Shown: positions 17,777-29,324, counted from the first letter of the stretch. The stretch: DNA of 64,000 bases from Alphaproteobacteria bacterium 43-37 (GCA_001897475.1 MKSY01000019.1:43380-107379), one strand, 5' to 3'. A program made the numbers and translations. The notes: generated from the sequence alone by a model not told the origin.

Positions 17777-19180
17777 TTAAAAATGGATGGGTGCACCAGT
17801 AACTGCCATAGCGGCTTCTTTAACTGCCTCATTAAGTGTTGGGTGAGCATGACATGTGCGGGCTATATCCTCACTGGAAGCTCCAAATTCCATGGCTACG
17901 GCAGCTTCAGCAATCATTGTTCCCGCTTGTGGGCCAATAATGTGAACCCCCATAACTCGATCGCTTTCAACGCAAGCAAGGATTTTGACAAACCCATCGG
18001 CCGAGCCCATTGCTTTAGCGCGCCCATTGGCCATAAAGGGAAACTTACCAACCTTGTACGCAATACCGGCAGCATCCAACTCTTCTTGTGTCTTACCAAC
18101 AGTGGCCACTTCAGGCCATGTGTAAACCACAGCGGGGATAGCATCGTAATTTACATGCCCAGCTTGGCCAGCAATAATCTCAGCGACGGCGATACCCTCT
18201 TCTTCCGCCTTGTGGGCTAGCATAGCTCCGCGCACCACATCGCCGATCGCAAATACCCCAGGAACAGATGTTTGAAAATGATTGTCGATATCCACACGTC
18301 CACGATCATCTGTTTTCAAACCAACGGCTTCAAGCCCTAGGCCTTGTGTGTTGGGCTTGCGTCCGATGGCAACAAGGACAACATCGCAGCTCAAGGTCTC
18401 AGACTTACCACCTTGGGCGGGCTGAAGCTCCAAGTCCACGCTGGTTTTGGTTTTTTTAACACTGGATACTTTTGTCCCCAGTTTAAACTCAATACCTTGT
18501 TTGATGAGCACTTTTTGAAGCGCCTGTCCGACTTCACGATCCATCGCAGGAACAATTTTATCCATGAACTCAACAACGGTTACTTTGGCTCCAAGACGCT
18601 GCCATACAGTACCCATTTCAAGACCAATATAACCACCACCAATAACAACCAGGTGCTTCGGTACTTGCTTCAATGCCAGAGCTCCGGTTGATGAAACAAT
18701 TTTCTCTTCATCAATTTCCACGCCAGGAAGCTCAGCTACGGTTGACCCTGTCGCAATAATAATATTAGGAGCCCCAAAAGCTTGGGTTGAACCATCGTCT
18801 GCCTTAACAGTGACTGTTTGAGGACCAGTAAAGGCCCCATGACCAAAAGCGCGCGTGACTTTATACTTCTTGAAAAGAAAATCGATCCCGCCTGTAAGAT
18901 CGCTCACTAGTTTATCTTTACGATCCAACATCGTTTTCAGGTCCAGCTTCACTCCAGTCACCTGGATCCCATGCGCAGCCAGTTCGTGTTGAGCTTCAGA
19001 AAATTTTTCAGACGACTCAAGAAGTGCCTTTGACGGAATGCAACCCACATTCAGGCATGTGCCACCTAATGTTTTACGTTTTTCGATACAAACGACTTTA
19101 AGCCCCAATTGTGCGGCTTTAATCGCTGCTGCATACCCACCTGGCCCGCCGCCAATGACGATGACATCAAACTGTTGCAT
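17777..19180 (-). CDS. lpdA: Dihydrolipoamide dehydrogenase
   Basis: GGGPGGY, GGTCLNVGCIPSK, HAHPTLNE. Confidence 0.98.
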   Translation of the reverse strand: MQQFDVIVIGGGPGGYAAAIKAAQLGLKVVCIEKRKTLGGTCLNVGCIPSKALLESSEKFSEAQHELAAHGIQVTGVKLDLKTMLDRKDKLVSDLTGGIDFLFKKYKVTRAFGHGAFTGPQTVTVKADDGSTQAFGAPNIIIATGSTVAELPGVEIDEEKIVSSTGALALKQVPKHLVVIGGGYIGLEMGTVWQRLGAKVTVVEFMDKIVPAMDREVGQALQKVLIKQGIEFKLGTKVSSVKKTKTSVDLELQPAQGGKSETLSCDVVLVAIGRKPNTQGLGLEAVGLKTDDRGRVDIDNHFQTSVPGVFAIGDVVRGAMLAHKAEEEGIAVAEIIAGQAGHVNYDAIPAVVYTWPEVATVGKTQEELDAAGIAYKVGKFPFMANGRAKAMGSADGFVKILACVESDRVMGVHIIGPQAGTMIAEAAVAMEFGASSEDIARTCHAHPTLNEAVKEAAMAVTGAPIHF

Positions 19181-19261
19181 GAACCAATCACCTTTTTTCG
19201 TAAATCAATATAATTTTTATATACTGGATCTTGTTCTAAAAGTCGACGTCTTTCCTGATAA

Positions 19262-22123
19262 CTACCTGAACACCCCTCCCGATCCACCATTGCTACCATC
19301 AGGAAAATCAGGAAACCAAGATCCACGAAGACGAGAGGAGCTACTACTTCTTATAACGCCAGCTGTTAGCGGGCGTGCCACCCTTCGTCCCCCACTTGCC
19401 GCCGCTCCACCTCCACGTCCAATGCCATGGCCTGGCGCAACAGCTCTCACCATCAGAGCATCAATAGCATCCTCAACTCTAGGCAGGGGAGCAGGTGGTG
19501 GAAGCCCCTCTTCCATGACAGCGCCCTCTCTATTGTGTGCACGCACAGCGGGGAAATGAACCTCATCTGAATGACTCTCATCTGTGACCATATCAGCTAC
19601 AACATCCGTTACAATTACGACAGTTCCTGACGATGCACCAGCGCTTTCTTCCATTGTATGCGCCCTGGCTGCTCCTGAAGCCACTGGTAAGCGTAATCTC
19701 GAAACAGCTACTCTGTGATCTAAGGCTGCTACTCTTCGATTAACAGCAAGCATCAAGGCCTCATCATTTTCAACCATTCCTGGCACAATAACCTCCTCAC
19801 CCTCAACATCAGAATCGCCCTCACCTAGCATCACCATGCCATCTCTTGTAGGGCCACGGCGACCCGCTCCTTGAAACCCAGCATTTTCCATAGTTCGATA
19901 AAGCGGGGAGAAGCTTGTGGGCAGGAAAGGAGAAGTGCCAGCTTCAAGATCAACAGCGGTACGACCAGGTGTGGGTGCTGTTTCCATCGGGTGACCTGCC
20001 CGCCGACCATAGCGAATGGCTTGAGGCATAGCTCCTGTAAGCATCCTCTCTTCATCACTTTCTTCACTGGTTATAGCTACCCTACCCCTATGGCGAGGCG
20101 CAGGAGACTCTGCATGCCCACCCGTAGCAGTGTCCGTTACTCCATCTGTCGCAGCCAAAGGAGCTGCAATGCCTTCAAGACCTCTTCTTGCTAATAATAA
20201 TGACCTTCTGAAGGTAGTATGAGCAGCGAATGAAGGAGGTTTTGGCCTAGCTCTAGCACCACCACCATTTTCACCTTTCTCATGAGCTGCCGCATCTTCC
20301 TCACCAAGAATAGGGCTTGTCGGCACACGCCATGCAGCAACACCACCTTCTCTATCACCTAAACCATCTTCAACATCTTCATCAGATAAACCACGCGGCC
20401 CTTGTTTTGCACCGCCGCCGCCGCCATTACAGATCACAACACGAAACCCTAAGCTTGCTAGATAAGAACTGCCATGCCTAGGTGCTTCTGCCCCATCATA
20501 TGCCCTTAACGGCAAAGGTGAGCTCAGTACTGGCCGTGGCCTTAAGGCTTGCGGGTGAGTCGGCCGTGTTGCCGCAAACATGGCTGCAGGATCTCCTAAA
20601 GTATATGAGTAACTTCCATCTCGATTGTGCTCCAGATGGCTCATCCGATTATGTCGAGCTGCGTCCGTTTCTATGGCACCCAAAGCCCCACCGCCACCTC
20701 CTGCATGGGCACCCTCAAAGCCAAGTTCTCTTTCTTGAGGTGGTGCTGCTACCTCGGGTATTTCAAAGGCCCTATCCCTATGTCCAAGTGCCTTATGATG
20801 TTCACTTAAAAGCAACACTTGAGCGGCTTTCGCTGTTGCTGGAGCTCTAGAAAGAGGAGCCAAAAGTGTTTGGCCAGCAGCCATTCCTTGCCCTAAACGT
20901 ATTCGCAAAGCTTGCATATTTAGCGGAGGTATAATCCCTGGTGGAGGCATCGACAATCTTTCCTCTACACGTACGGCTATATCCGTGGTGACTGTTGGAG
21001 GAAGTTGAGCGTGCCCCCTCTCACCATCACTATCTGTGACATCACCTTCTTCTGTACTATCAATTGATCCACCAGGGGCTAAAAGAAGTAGTAAAGCAGA
21101 AGGGCTGTCACTGTGCGACATGTGTCCAGCATTATTGTGTCGCTCCATCAAGTCTGCCCTCAATACACCGATCGTATCGGCTCTGTCTTCAGCCACGGCA
21201 GCAGCCTCACCACCTTGAGTGCCACGCGTTGCACCTTCAATCCGCCTATCTAAAATATCTGGCGCGATAGCATGCGTTGCAGTTCTTCTGATTCTATCTG
21301 CAACAGCCACATGACCTTCTGCTGGCGTGGAACCCCTGTAAGCAAGAACTCCCGCTGGCCTAGAAACAAAGAGCCTGTCTGGTCTAGCTGAGTCTATAAC
21401 CGTGACGCCTGTGGTATCAGTAATCACAATACGCCCATCTGTGTTACGCCTCATTCGGTCAGCCAGAGCCGGGTGCACACCTTCTGGCAAATTATCCTCA
21501 CCTAGCGCCTCTTCTAGCCTTGCTGAATTAAGGCTCTCCTCTATTTCACCTTCGGTGCCCAAATCATGATCGCTCTCACCGTCACTGCCTATGACGCCTG
21601 CTTCGTCAGCTTCTGCGGCAGCAACAGCTTCAGCTTTTTCGTGACGGTCGGCTTCTCTCATATGAGCAGCCGCAACTACCGCTGCTGCAACCGCCTCTTC
21701 TTCATCGCCAAAAACAGCATTTGCACGCGCTCTTTGATGCATACCAGATAAGGGCCTTGAATCACTGATATCATCTGATAGGGGGGCCAAAGCATCCTCG
21801 TCTCTTACACGAATTTCAGGGCTTAGTTGCCTAATTATTTCTAATAACATAGGACGAACGGCTTCTTTAGTCTCACTATCCACAATACCATCAAAAAAAA
21901 GCTGTATGTTATTTCTAAATCTCAGCTCTAAAGCATCTCGCTCTGCTTCTTTTTTGCTTCTGCTTAATACTTCAAATTCCCCCAAAAACACTCTATGAAG
22001 CTCTTGTAAGCGCGCTTTGGCTTCCTCCAAAGTTTCACCTAAAGCCATGTTAGTGTTTGATATAAGGAATACCAAGCCAAAGAACCCAAGAAAAATAGTG
22101 AGGATAGATCGTTGCAAGTACAT
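19262..22123 (-). CDS. Large low-complexity (Ala/Gly/Glu/Arg-rich) secreted orphan protein
   Basis: Open for about 950 codons; likely ATG 22123 after AAGGAG; signal-like N-terminus; mostly disordered composition. Confidence 0.75.
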   Translation of the reverse strand: MYLQRSILTIFLGFFGLVFLISNTNMALGETLEEAKARLQELHRVFLGEFEVLSRSKKEAERDALELRFRNNIQLFFDGIVDSETKEAVRPMLLEIIRQLSPEIRVRDEDALAPLSDDISDSRPLSGMHQRARANAVFGDEEEAVAAAVVAAAHMREADRHEKAEAVAAAEADEAGVIGSDGESDHDLGTEGEIEESLNSARLEEALGEDNLPEGVHPALADRMRRNTDGRIVITDTTGVTVIDSARPDRLFVSRPAGVLAYRGSTPAEGHVAVADRIRRTATHAIAPDILDRRIEGATRGTQGGEAAAVAEDRADTIGVLRADLMERHNNAGHMSHSDSPSALLLLLAPGGSIDSTEEGDVTDSDGERGHAQLPPTVTTDIAVRVEERLSMPPPGIIPPLNMQALRIRLGQGMAAGQTLLAPLSRAPATAKAAQVLLLSEHHKALGHRDRAFEIPEVAAPPQERELGFEGAHAGGGGGALGAIETDAARHNRMSHLEHNRDGSYSYTLGDPAAMFAATRPTHPQALRPRPVLSSPLPLRAYDGAEAPRHGSSYLASLGFRVVICNGGGGGAKQGPRGLSDEDVEDGLGDREGGVAAWRVPTSPILGEEDAAAHEKGENGGGARARPKPPSFAAHTTFRRSLLLARRGLEGIAAPLAATDGVTDTATGGHAESPAPRHRGRVAITSEESDEERMLTGAMPQAIRYGRRAGHPMETAPTPGRTAVDLEAGTSPFLPTSFSPLYRTMENAGFQGAGRRGPTRDGMVMLGEGDSDVEGEEVIVPGMVENDEALMLAVNRRVAALDHRVAVSRLRLPVASGAARAHTMEESAGASSGTVVIVTDVVADMVTDESHSDEVHFPAVRAHNREGAVMEEGLPPPAPLPRVEDAIDALMVRAVAPGHGIGRGGGAAASGGRRVARPLTAGVIRSSSSSRLRGSWFPDFPDGSNGGSGGVFR

Positions 22124-22180
22124 GGCACCTTCTCCTTCTAGCAGCATGAGGCGCGCTACTTAAAGTCAATAACAAACACA

Positions 22181-22195
22181 TTAATATTTGATTAA
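22181..22195. promoter_or_regulatory. CtrA-box-like motif TTAA-N7-TTAA
   Basis: TTAATATTTGATTAA upstream of the 19262..22123 gene; may be chance in AT-rich DNA. Confidence 0.35.
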
Positions 22196-22432
22196 GATGG
22201 CAAGAAAAATTTTATTTTTCAAAGAATTAATCACCATAGATGTCATGATAATTTCGCATAGACCAAACACCCATGAAACTCGTGCTCAACCAACCTTTGC
22301 TGATTTAAGCATAGACGCCCCTTTGATTAACATTGTTAAGCACCGCTCCTGATATGATATCCAATCAATGTTGTATTCTCTAAAAAATAAGAGTACAAAA
22401 TAACATGTTTTTATCTTTCAGAGGATCGTTTT

Positions 22433-23068
22433 ATGTCATCTAAGACAATTATCGCCAGCATTATCATCGGCATTGCCATCATTGCCGGTGGCATCCTTCT
22501 CACCAAACTACCATCTTCAGATGCCGCAAAAGCCACTGCGCAACCAACAGGTCAGGTCTTTGATAACTGGGTTCTCAATTGCAATGAGGAAGCCAGAAAG
22601 TGCAGCATCACACAATTTTTATCGGACGCAAAAAGCGGCCAGAAGATTGCCAGCCTTGTCATTGGTAATTTAGGCCCTAAAGGTGAAACAATGGTATTTG
22701 CAAATACACCATTAGGCATCTTCCTACCAGCAGGTATTGCCATTAAAATTGATGAACAGAAGCAAATTGCGCATCCACTTCAACACTGCACCGTCGAAGG
22801 TTGCCATGCGCCCTTTCTCCTTGATGCAAAGCTTTCCCAAAGCATGTCTGAAGGCAAGGAGATTCGCTTAGGTGTTATGGCTTTGAACCAGCAAAGCATC
22901 ACCATCACATTTAACCTCAAAGGCTTTAAAGAAGCCTTAACTGCTTTTCATGAAAAACTATCTGCATTTGGGCCCACTCCTTCAGTCAGCATTGACGAAC
23001 CAGCGAGAGAAGAAACACCTTCGGTCCAACAAGAAGAACAGACTGCTAAAGCTGGTGCCAGTAAGTAG
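22433..23068 (+). CDS. ialB: Invasion-associated locus B (IalB) family protein
   Basis: FDNWVLNC...CSITQ, TPLGIFLPAGI, CTVEGC, FNLKGF. Confidence 0.88.
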   Translation: MSSKTIIASIIIGIAIIAGGILLTKLPSSDAAKATAQPTGQVFDNWVLNCNEEARKCSITQFLSDAKSGQKIASLVIGNLGPKGETMVFANTPLGIFLPAGIAIKIDEQKQIAHPLQHCTVEGCHAPFLLDAKLSQSMSEGKEIRLGVMALNQQSITITFNLKGFKEALTAFHEKLSAFGPTPSVSIDEPAREETPSVQQEEQTAKAGASK

Positions 23069-23092
23069 CAATACGCATAATGGATAAGGAGG

Positions 23093-23121
23093 AAGGAGGG
23101 TAAAATCTCCCCTCCTTTTTT
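23093..23121 (+). terminator. Rho-independent terminator
   Basis: AAGGAGGG-loop-CCCTCCTT followed by a T run, downstream of ialB. Confidence 0.7.
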
Positions 23122-23291
23122 ATAATCCAACATCACATTGAAATCAGAGAATCAAGCCTTCTTCGCAGAAAATTGAATACGCTTGCAACAAAAGTACGCA
23201 TCTACCTACAATAGTATTCGCATTTTTTTAGCCTACTGATTTCTATACACTCAGGCCAATCAAGCAGAATCTTACCTATATCCGGCCCAAT

Positions 23292-26200
23292 TTATTCTTT
23301 CGTCAAATTAGACAACACACGACTTAAAATATCAATATTTGCCATACCAATTTCAGGGGATATCTGTATCTCTCTTACTAACGACATCGTCCTCTCAATT
23401 TCAGGAGCATAACTTTGTTGCCATGATTCCAGCGGCGTAGCATACGCACCTTTTTCTTTGAGCAAGATCTTCTTGACCAACGCAGCTTGATGCTTCAGGA
23501 GGTCTGCGTACAAGAATGACCGTGAAAGTTTCTGCCAACTGTTCTGCAGAACCAACTGATCCAATGTTTCTCTAGCCCATCTCAAACCCAAAGTATCGCT
23601 CAAGTAGAAATGCACTTTCGCTGTTTCTAAAACCTTATGACCAGTTTCAATTGTGGTTTCAATGATATCAAAAATACTATCCGCAATAGTGTTAATCACC
23701 ACGATTTTTTGAGCCACTTTCTCTGGCACATGCCCATGCATTAAGCCACGTACTTCCGATTCAAATATATTGGCATCCTTACCACCCAAAACTTTATTGA
23801 GGGAGTTCAAAATTTCCTTGAACAAGCTCTCATATCGCTGCTCAATGATCCCAACGGACTCAAAAATGATATCGCTTTGAAGGATCCACATAACTGCTTT
23901 TTCAATCGAACGATTGATTTTATCTAAAATAGCAATGAGCCGATCCGTTTGAATGACTGAGTCAAGAGCCTCAAGCTCAGACCAAAGGGCGCGCAAATTA
24001 AACAGACGCGTGACAATATACAGCGCTTTAATGACATCAACAACCCCGTGCCCTGTCGCTGAATCGAGCCTCGACAAAATAACACATCCAAATCGGTTGA
24101 TGATTTCGTTTGCTATAACAGTAGCAATGATTTCACGCCGCAATTGGTGTCTGGCTATTTCTTCTGGGCATTTTTCCTGTAAAGCTACCGGGAAGTAGTT
24201 TAGCAAATCTTCACTTAAAGCTGAATCTTCTAAGAAAGATGACCTCAATAAATGATTGTAAGCCCAAATTTTTCCATGGGAGATGAGGACAACAAGCTCG
24301 GGCCTTGTGAGCCCTTGGAGAGTCGCCATACGTTCCGCTAAAATGCTTTCATTTGGAAGGGTACTTTGACTTCGGTTTAAGGCCCCTTCATCTTCAAGCC
24401 GCTTAATAAGCAACGCATGACTATCAATTTGCAATGGCGCAAAATGCTGCTTGAGGCTGATGAGCAAATTCTGCAAATAATTATCGCGCAAAACCAACTG
24501 CGCAACGACATCTGTCATGCCGGCTAGCAAAACATTTCTTTCTTTAAGGGTTAACCTGCCTTGCTCCATAAGGTCACTGAGCAAAATTTTAATATTAACC
24601 TCATGATCTGAACAATCCACACCACCAGAATTATCCAAAGAATCAGTATTAATGCGCCCTCCTTTGAGAGCAAAATCAATGCGAGCTTGCTGAGTCATAC
24701 CCAAGTTTGCGCCCTCAACAATAACCTTGCAGAGCATTTCATCCGCATTAACCCGAACCAAATCATTCGCACGATCACCAACATCAGCATGCGTTTCATT
24801 AGCGGCTTTGATAAAAGTCCCAATGCCACCAAACCACATTAGATCCACTGGGCTTGTGAGAATGTAGCGAATCAAATCATTTGGGGATATTCTTGTTACC
24901 TCCGCATCGATTGGCATAATGCTGCGCATGGCATCAGTCACCATGACCCATTTGTCTTGACGAGAGTATACCCCACCCCCCACAGATATCGCCTCGGCCT
25001 TGTAATCAAGCCATGTTGAGGAAGGCAAGGCGAAAAGACGTTTGCGTTCTTGATAGCTCAATTCCAAATCTGGGTTTGGGTCGATGAAAATATGTTGATG
25101 ATTAAATGCAGCCAGCAAACGAATATGCTGCGAAAGCAACATTCCATTTCCGAAAATATCCCCCGACATATCACCAACACCCACCACGGTAAATGGATCA
25201 ACATCTAAGCTTAAATTCATTTCTCTAAAATGTCTTCTAACTGACTCCCAGGCTCCACGAGCTGTAATACCCATCTTTTTATGGTCATACCCCGAAGAAC
25301 CGCCCGACGCAAATGCATCCGAAAGCCAGAATCCATAATCCATGGCGATGCCATTAGCAATATCGGAGAAAGTAGCTGTACCTTTATCAGCCGCCACAAC
25401 TAGGTAGGGATCTTCCCCGTCATAAGCAACAACATTGACAGGCGCTATCACCTTGCCTTGGATGATGTTATCCGTCAAATCAAGCATCGATGAAATCATC
25501 ATCTTATAGCAGGTAATAACCTCGCGCTTCTGATCTTCAACAGAACCTATTGGCAAACCCTTGACATAAAAACCACCTTTAGAGCCAACAGGAACAATAA
25601 CTGCGTTTTTGATCATCTGAGCTTTAACAAGGTTTAATACTTCTGTTCTGAAGTCTTCCCTACGATCTGACCACCTTATTCCACCTCTTGCCACCTTACC
25701 ACCACGCAGATGAACGGCTTCCATACGCGGAGAATAGGTAAAAATCTCATACATTGGCCTTGGCAAGGGAAGCTCTTCAATGAGGCTGCAATCAAATTTA
25801 AAGGATATATATGGTTTGTAACTACCATCTGGATAGGTCTGATAAGCGGTTGTTCGAACGGTAGACAAAATAAGGTTATAAAATTTTCGGATGATTCTAT
25901 CTTGATCCAGAGTTGTGACAAACTCAAAGCGCCCCTCTAATGCTTCAATGAGAGTAGCAACTTCGTTATTCCTTTCAATGTCACTGAGCGCAGGGTCAAA
26001 CCGTGCTTCGAAAAGCAAAACTAAATCTTCTGCAATTTTTGGATAAGTAGCCAGCGTCTCTTCAATCAAATATTGGCTAAGATTAAAGCCAATTTGCTTG
26101 ATATATTTGCAATATGCTCTCAGAAGCTGAATTTGCCATATACTTAAATTTGTTCTAAACAGCAAACGATTAAAGCCATCGTTTTCAATATGGTTATTCC

Positions 26201-28085
26201 AAACCAAGTTAATGGCTTCTTGAAAGCGATCTTGAACAACTTCTGGAGAAATAGTCCCAAGGCTATTCATGGGCTCTAAATCTTGAACATAAATCCCCCC
26301 TTCAACGCCTTTCAGTTGAATTTTATAAGGCATATCTTTTGCGATATCAAAATCCAAATTTTTAAAAATTGGCAACACTACAGCTAGGGGAACTGGGGTC
26401 CCTTTGTTATACAACTTAACCTTAATCCCCGGAGAACCTCCATGAGAAGAGCTAGAGTAAACTAACGTTTGAAGGCCGGAATCATGGCAAGCCTCAATCT
26501 TTTTCAGATCAAAAAGAGACTCCTCAACACTAAAACGCTCTTGGTAACTGAGAGGAAATGCATTGGCATAACGCGTGGCGTATAAATGGCTTTCCTCTTC
26601 ACTGTAATGAACGGCGATCTGATTCAAAAAACGATCCGTCCATGACAAGCTGGTTTCCTCAATTTTTTGCTTCAAAGCATCAATGTTTAATTCCTGCCCT
26701 GGCTCTACTGCGAGCAAGAAGTGAAACCTAGCATGCAAAAAGCCCCCCAGATAACTTTCAGATGAAACAACGGCCCCCTTTAACCACTGAGATAACACAT
26801 TTTCAAAAGCATCTTTCAGATCTGGTGTATACCGATCTTTCGCCAAAAAAATGAGGCATGACAGCATACCTGAGAACACATCTGGCCTGACAAATACCGC
26901 AATTTTTCTGTTAGCATCAATATCCAGAACCTCAGTCACAATCTTTAAAAGTTCAGATTCTGAGGCCTGAAAAAGTTCATCACGAGGGAAGTGTTCCAAA
27001 ACCTGGATAAGGTTTTTGCCAGAATATCCTTGCGGGTTAAATCCTGACGTTTTGAGTATATTGGAAACTTTTTGGCGCAAAATAGGAATATCACGTGGAC
27101 TACGGTTATACGAAACAGAAGATGATAACCCAACAAACTGATGCAAACCCTCTACTTCACCTTTTGAGTTCAGCTTTTTGATAGTTAAAATATGCATAGG
27201 TATAGCTCTATGCACGCTAGCAATCTGACGCGTTTGACTAAACCAAAGAAACTTATTAGAAGTGATAAACTTCTCATTAAACTTAATAAGAGGGTCTTTT
27301 TCGACAATGGATTGCCACCTGGCAAATTTACAGATCCCCAAAGGCTCTTGAGAAAAATCATCCAACCGCTTTGAATCAAGCCATCGATACCCGAGATAGG
27401 TAAAATGGTGATCATCCACCCAAGCTAGAAACTCTTGTATTTCTTTCGTATTTGCATCATGCACGGACCTAGAAAAATCATCGATAACCTGCTGCATAAC
27501 TTGTCGCATAGAGGGCCAATCATCCACCACAACCTCGACATCCTCTAAGACTTCTTTGACTTGTTGTGTAAGGACAGCGATTTCTTCCTCAGAAGAGAAT
27601 CCTCGTAGCTCAATACGGAAAAAAGCTTCTCGAACTGCCTTTTCTGAATGATCTTGCGCATTCAAAATATCAAGAAGCTGACCTGTCTTATCCCTAAGGA
27701 CAGGAGTATCAGTTTCCATGAAGTATTGAATTTTCTTATCCAGTCGACTAAGCATCGCTAACGTAGAGTCCACAATAAACGGACGATCTTTCATGAGGAT
27801 GTGTATGATGGTTCGGTTGTAAGCCACACTTTCGACATGCGCTTGCTTTGTGTAGATATCGATCTTAGGAGACTTGCCATCCCAATTTTGAATAAATGCA
27901 CAATAGCTTTCTAGATGAACCGCTAGGTTAAAATTGATCTTCTCTTGAAGTGTGACATCTGACTCATCCTTAAGAAATGCCTTCAACAAATTCCGCAAAG
28001 CATGTGGCGATTTAAATTGGCATGTTTTGGAAAGGTGATCCATTAAGGATGAAAACACAACGCCTTGTTCCGCATCTCCAATCAT
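23292..28085 (-). CDS. gdhB: Large NAD-specific glutamate dehydrogenase
   Basis: 1597 aa; HLRGGKVARGGIRWSDRREDFRTE, VVAADKGTATFSD, DAFASGGSSGYDHKKMGITARGAW, GGVDCSDHEVNIKI. Confidence 0.96.
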   Translation of the reverse strand: MIGDAEQGVVFSSLMDHLSKTCQFKSPHALRNLLKAFLKDESDVTLQEKINFNLAVHLESYCAFIQNWDGKSPKIDIYTKQAHVESVAYNRTIIHILMKDRPFIVDSTLAMLSRLDKKIQYFMETDTPVLRDKTGQLLDILNAQDHSEKAVREAFFRIELRGFSSEEEIAVLTQQVKEVLEDVEVVVDDWPSMRQVMQQVIDDFSRSVHDANTKEIQEFLAWVDDHHFTYLGYRWLDSKRLDDFSQEPLGICKFARWQSIVEKDPLIKFNEKFITSNKFLWFSQTRQIASVHRAIPMHILTIKKLNSKGEVEGLHQFVGLSSSVSYNRSPRDIPILRQKVSNILKTSGFNPQGYSGKNLIQVLEHFPRDELFQASESELLKIVTEVLDIDANRKIAVFVRPDVFSGMLSCLIFLAKDRYTPDLKDAFENVLSQWLKGAVVSSESYLGGFLHARFHFLLAVEPGQELNIDALKQKIEETSLSWTDRFLNQIAVHYSEEESHLYATRYANAFPLSYQERFSVEESLFDLKKIEACHDSGLQTLVYSSSSHGGSPGIKVKLYNKGTPVPLAVVLPIFKNLDFDIAKDMPYKIQLKGVEGGIYVQDLEPMNSLGTISPEVVQDRFQEAINLVWNNHIENDGFNRLLFRTNLSIWQIQLLRAYCKYIKQIGFNLSQYLIEETLATYPKIAEDLVLLFEARFDPALSDIERNNEVATLIEALEGRFEFVTTLDQDRIIRKFYNLILSTVRTTAYQTYPDGSYKPYISFKFDCSLIEELPLPRPMYEIFTYSPRMEAVHLRGGKVARGGIRWSDRREDFRTEVLNLVKAQMIKNAVIVPVGSKGGFYVKGLPIGSVEDQKREVITCYKMMISSMLDLTDNIIQGKVIAPVNVVAYDGEDPYLVVAADKGTATFSDIANGIAMDYGFWLSDAFASGGSSGYDHKKMGITARGAWESVRRHFREMNLSLDVDPFTVVGVGDMSGDIFGNGMLLSQHIRLLAAFNHQHIFIDPNPDLELSYQERKRLFALPSSTWLDYKAEAISVGGGVYSRQDKWVMVTDAMRSIMPIDAEVTRISPNDLIRYILTSPVDLMWFGGIGTFIKAANETHADVGDRANDLVRVNADEMLCKVIVEGANLGMTQQARIDFALKGGRINTDSLDNSGGVDCSDHEVNIKILLSDLMEQGRLTLKERNVLLAGMTDVVAQLVLRDNYLQNLLISLKQHFAPLQIDSHALLIKRLEDEGALNRSQSTLPNESILAERMATLQGLTRPELVVLISHGKIWAYNHLLRSSFLEDSALSEDLLNYFPVALQEKCPEEIARHQLRREIIATVIANEIINRFGCVILSRLDSATGHGVVDVIKALYIVTRLFNLRALWSELEALDSVIQTDRLIAILDKINRSIEKAVMWILQSDIIFESVGIIEQRYESLFKEILNSLNKVLGGKDANIFESEVRGLMHGHVPEKVAQKIVVINTIADSIFDIIETTIETGHKVLETAKVHFYLSDTLGLRWARETLDQLVLQNSWQKLSRSFLYADLLKHQAALVKKILLKEKGAYATPLESWQQSYAPEIERTMSLVREIQISPEIGMANIDILSRVLSNLTKE

Positions 28086-28175
28086 GTCATCCAGACCTAT
28101 TTGGTGAAAAGTTTTCCGATTTTAGCATTCATAAGATAAGAAGACAATGAACTGCAATCATTAAAGGGCTCAACT

Positions 28176-28250
28176 TGGAGCGGGCGAAGGGATTTGAACC
28201 CTCGACCCCAACCTTGGCAAGGTTGTGCTCTACCCCTGAGCTACGCCCGC
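28176..28250 (-). tRNA. tRNA-Gly(GCC)
   Basis: Reverse complement GCGGGCGTAGCTCAGGGGTAGAGCACAACCTTGCCAAGGTTGGGGTCGAGGGTTCAAATCCCTTCGCCCGCTCCA. Confidence 0.97.
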
Positions 28251-28398
28251 TTTTATCTTCCGACCTCATGGAGATAATACAATGGCAAGCTTTTTGCAAG
28301 CCAGAAAAAAGCATTTTTAAAAAAAACTTTTGCTTCCCTGACAAAGTTAGCATTATAGTGAAGCAAGATTCAAAGATTGATGGAATAATTGCTGAACC

Positions 28399-29313
28399 AT
28401 GTTGCTTTCAAACTCTTCCTCTACTGAGGCGCCAAATCAATCCTCATGGATCAAAGATGGCAATCTGCAAACCTTTATGCAAGACGTTGTTCTTGCCTCA
28501 GACAAACAGCCAGTGCTCCTCGATTTTTGGGCCCCTTGGTGCGGCCCTTGCAAACAACTCACCCCTATTTTAGAAAAACTGGTGATTGAGTACCAAGGCA
28601 AATTTCATCTTGTCAAAATTAACATCGATCAAAACCAACAACTGGCCCAGAAGCTTCATGTTCAATCGGTTCCAACAGTCTATGCTTTTTTTAAGCGGCA
28701 ACCTGTGGACGCATTCACAGGAGCTCTCCCTGAAAGCCAGATTCGTCAATTTTTGACAAAGCTAGTGAGCCTATCCATAGGAGCCTCTGAATTGCTGGAA
28801 GAAGCCACCACTCTCCTCCATGCCAACCAAACTGCCGAAGCCCAAGCGCTATTTATCCACATTCTGGAAGAAGAACCAAACCACATCAAAGCCTTGATCG
28901 GCTTAGCCAGATGCTATCTTAACTTAGGCCAGATTGAGCCAGCACAAGGAATTTTTGGGCAATTGCCTGAAGAAGGCCTCGATGCAGCCGATGAAAGCGA
29001 GAAAAAGGCCTTAGCCTCTGCACTTAAATTAGCGTCTTCATCGAACGCAAATACAGATACTTCCCACCTTGTTCAGCGCATTGAAAAAAATGCAAACGAC
29101 TTTGGCGCCATATTTGACCTCAGCCTAGCCCAATTTCAAACGCAAAACCATGAAGATGCTATTGCCGGCCTTTTGCACATCATGAAATGTGATCGCAATT
29201 GGGAAGAAGGCAAAGCCAAAAATCAATTGTTAGAGTTTTTTGAAAGCTTAGGATTTAGTCATCCCTTAAGCGCCTTTGGCCGCAAAGAGCTTTCCAAAAT
29301 TATTTTCTCGTAA
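28399..29313 (+). CDS. cnoX: Thioredoxin-TPR chaperedoxin (YbbN/CnoX)
   Basis: [13 protein letters not shown] thioredoxin domain followed by a TPR region ending [11 protein letters not shown]. Confidence 0.9.
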   Translation: MLLSNSSSTEAPNQSSWIKDGNLQTFMQDVVLASDKQPVLLDFWAPWCGPCKQLTPILEKLVIEYQGKFHLVKINIDQNQQLAQKLHVQSVPTVYAFFKRQPVDAFTGALPESQIRQFLTKLVSLSIGASELLEEATTLLHANQTAEAQALFIHILEEEPNHIKALIGLARCYLNLGQIEPAQGIFGQLPEEGLDAADESEKKALASALKLASSSNANTDTSHLVQRIEKNANDFGAIFDLSLAQFQTQNHEDAIAGLLHIMKCDRNWEEGKAKNQLLEFFESLGFSHPLSAFGRKELSKIIFS

Positions 29314-29324
29314 AGGAACTTCTT

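Noticed and set aside
28129-28573. ORFs overlapping tRNA-Gly
   Set aside because: Typical spurious translations of a tRNA gene.
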